Shown here: piece by piece, positions 64,000 through 64,000 of the stretch
Layout of the letters: each line of letters begins with the position of its first letter
Position numbering within the stretch: the first letter of the stretch is position 1
Virus record (IMG/VR): IMGVR_UViG_3300047443_000115
Location: 1 to 64,000 of that record
DNA length: 64,000 nt
Source of the DNA: a virus
Strand: one strand, 5' to 3'
Position numbers and translations under genes: made by a program
Notes under the pieces: generated by a model
Database searches by the model: none
What the model saw: the letters and a program-made list of their open reading frames with translations, nothing else
Told to the model about the DNA's origin: nothing

Positions 64000-64000
64000 G

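Larger units (their letters stand above)
1..64000. mobile_element. Streptomyces-type temperate siphophage, probably a phage-plasmid (both ends lie outside the window)
   Basis: Complete virion and lysis operon at 7.3-34 kb, dense small phage-type ORFs elsewhere, a TraB/Spd/Kil module, and no host housekeeping genes. Confidence 0.9.

Overview
The whole window is one high-GC (~70%) actinobacterial, Streptomyces-like temperate siphophage element; I recognise no host housekeeping genes and no attL/attR ends. The minus strand carries a complete late operon: packaging HNH, terS, terL, portal, MuF/VG15-like head protein, scaffold, Prp-like protease, major capsid, head-tail connectors, major tail, tail chaperones with a -1 frameshift, tape measure, Dit and minor tail proteins, a beta-helix tail fibre, amidase, holin and a collagen-like protein. 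The left 7 kb is accessory DNA: XRE and GntR regulators, an XerD-like recombinase with a dif-like site, and a probable anti-defence operon. From about 41.5 to 54 kb is a Streptomyces plasmid-type transfer module (TraB/FtsK, Spd-like, KilB-like, GntR, HicAB), suggesting a conjugative phage-plasmid. Main highlights: (1) a 314-aa intein in the head protein whose endonuclease (HTH plus Vsr/DUF559-like) is encoded on the opposite strand, with a candidate promoter and RBS built into the intein C-terminal splicing codons; (2) a 62-aa Prp-like protease gene between scaffold and capsid genes, whose products share the N-terminal motif WFRLDRHD; (3) three different solitary type I-E CRISPR-repeat mimics plus an orphan FxSxx-COOH peptide in an autoregulated operon; (4) a hyaluronan-synthase-like GT2. 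All family calls come from motif recognition by eye, not database searches.
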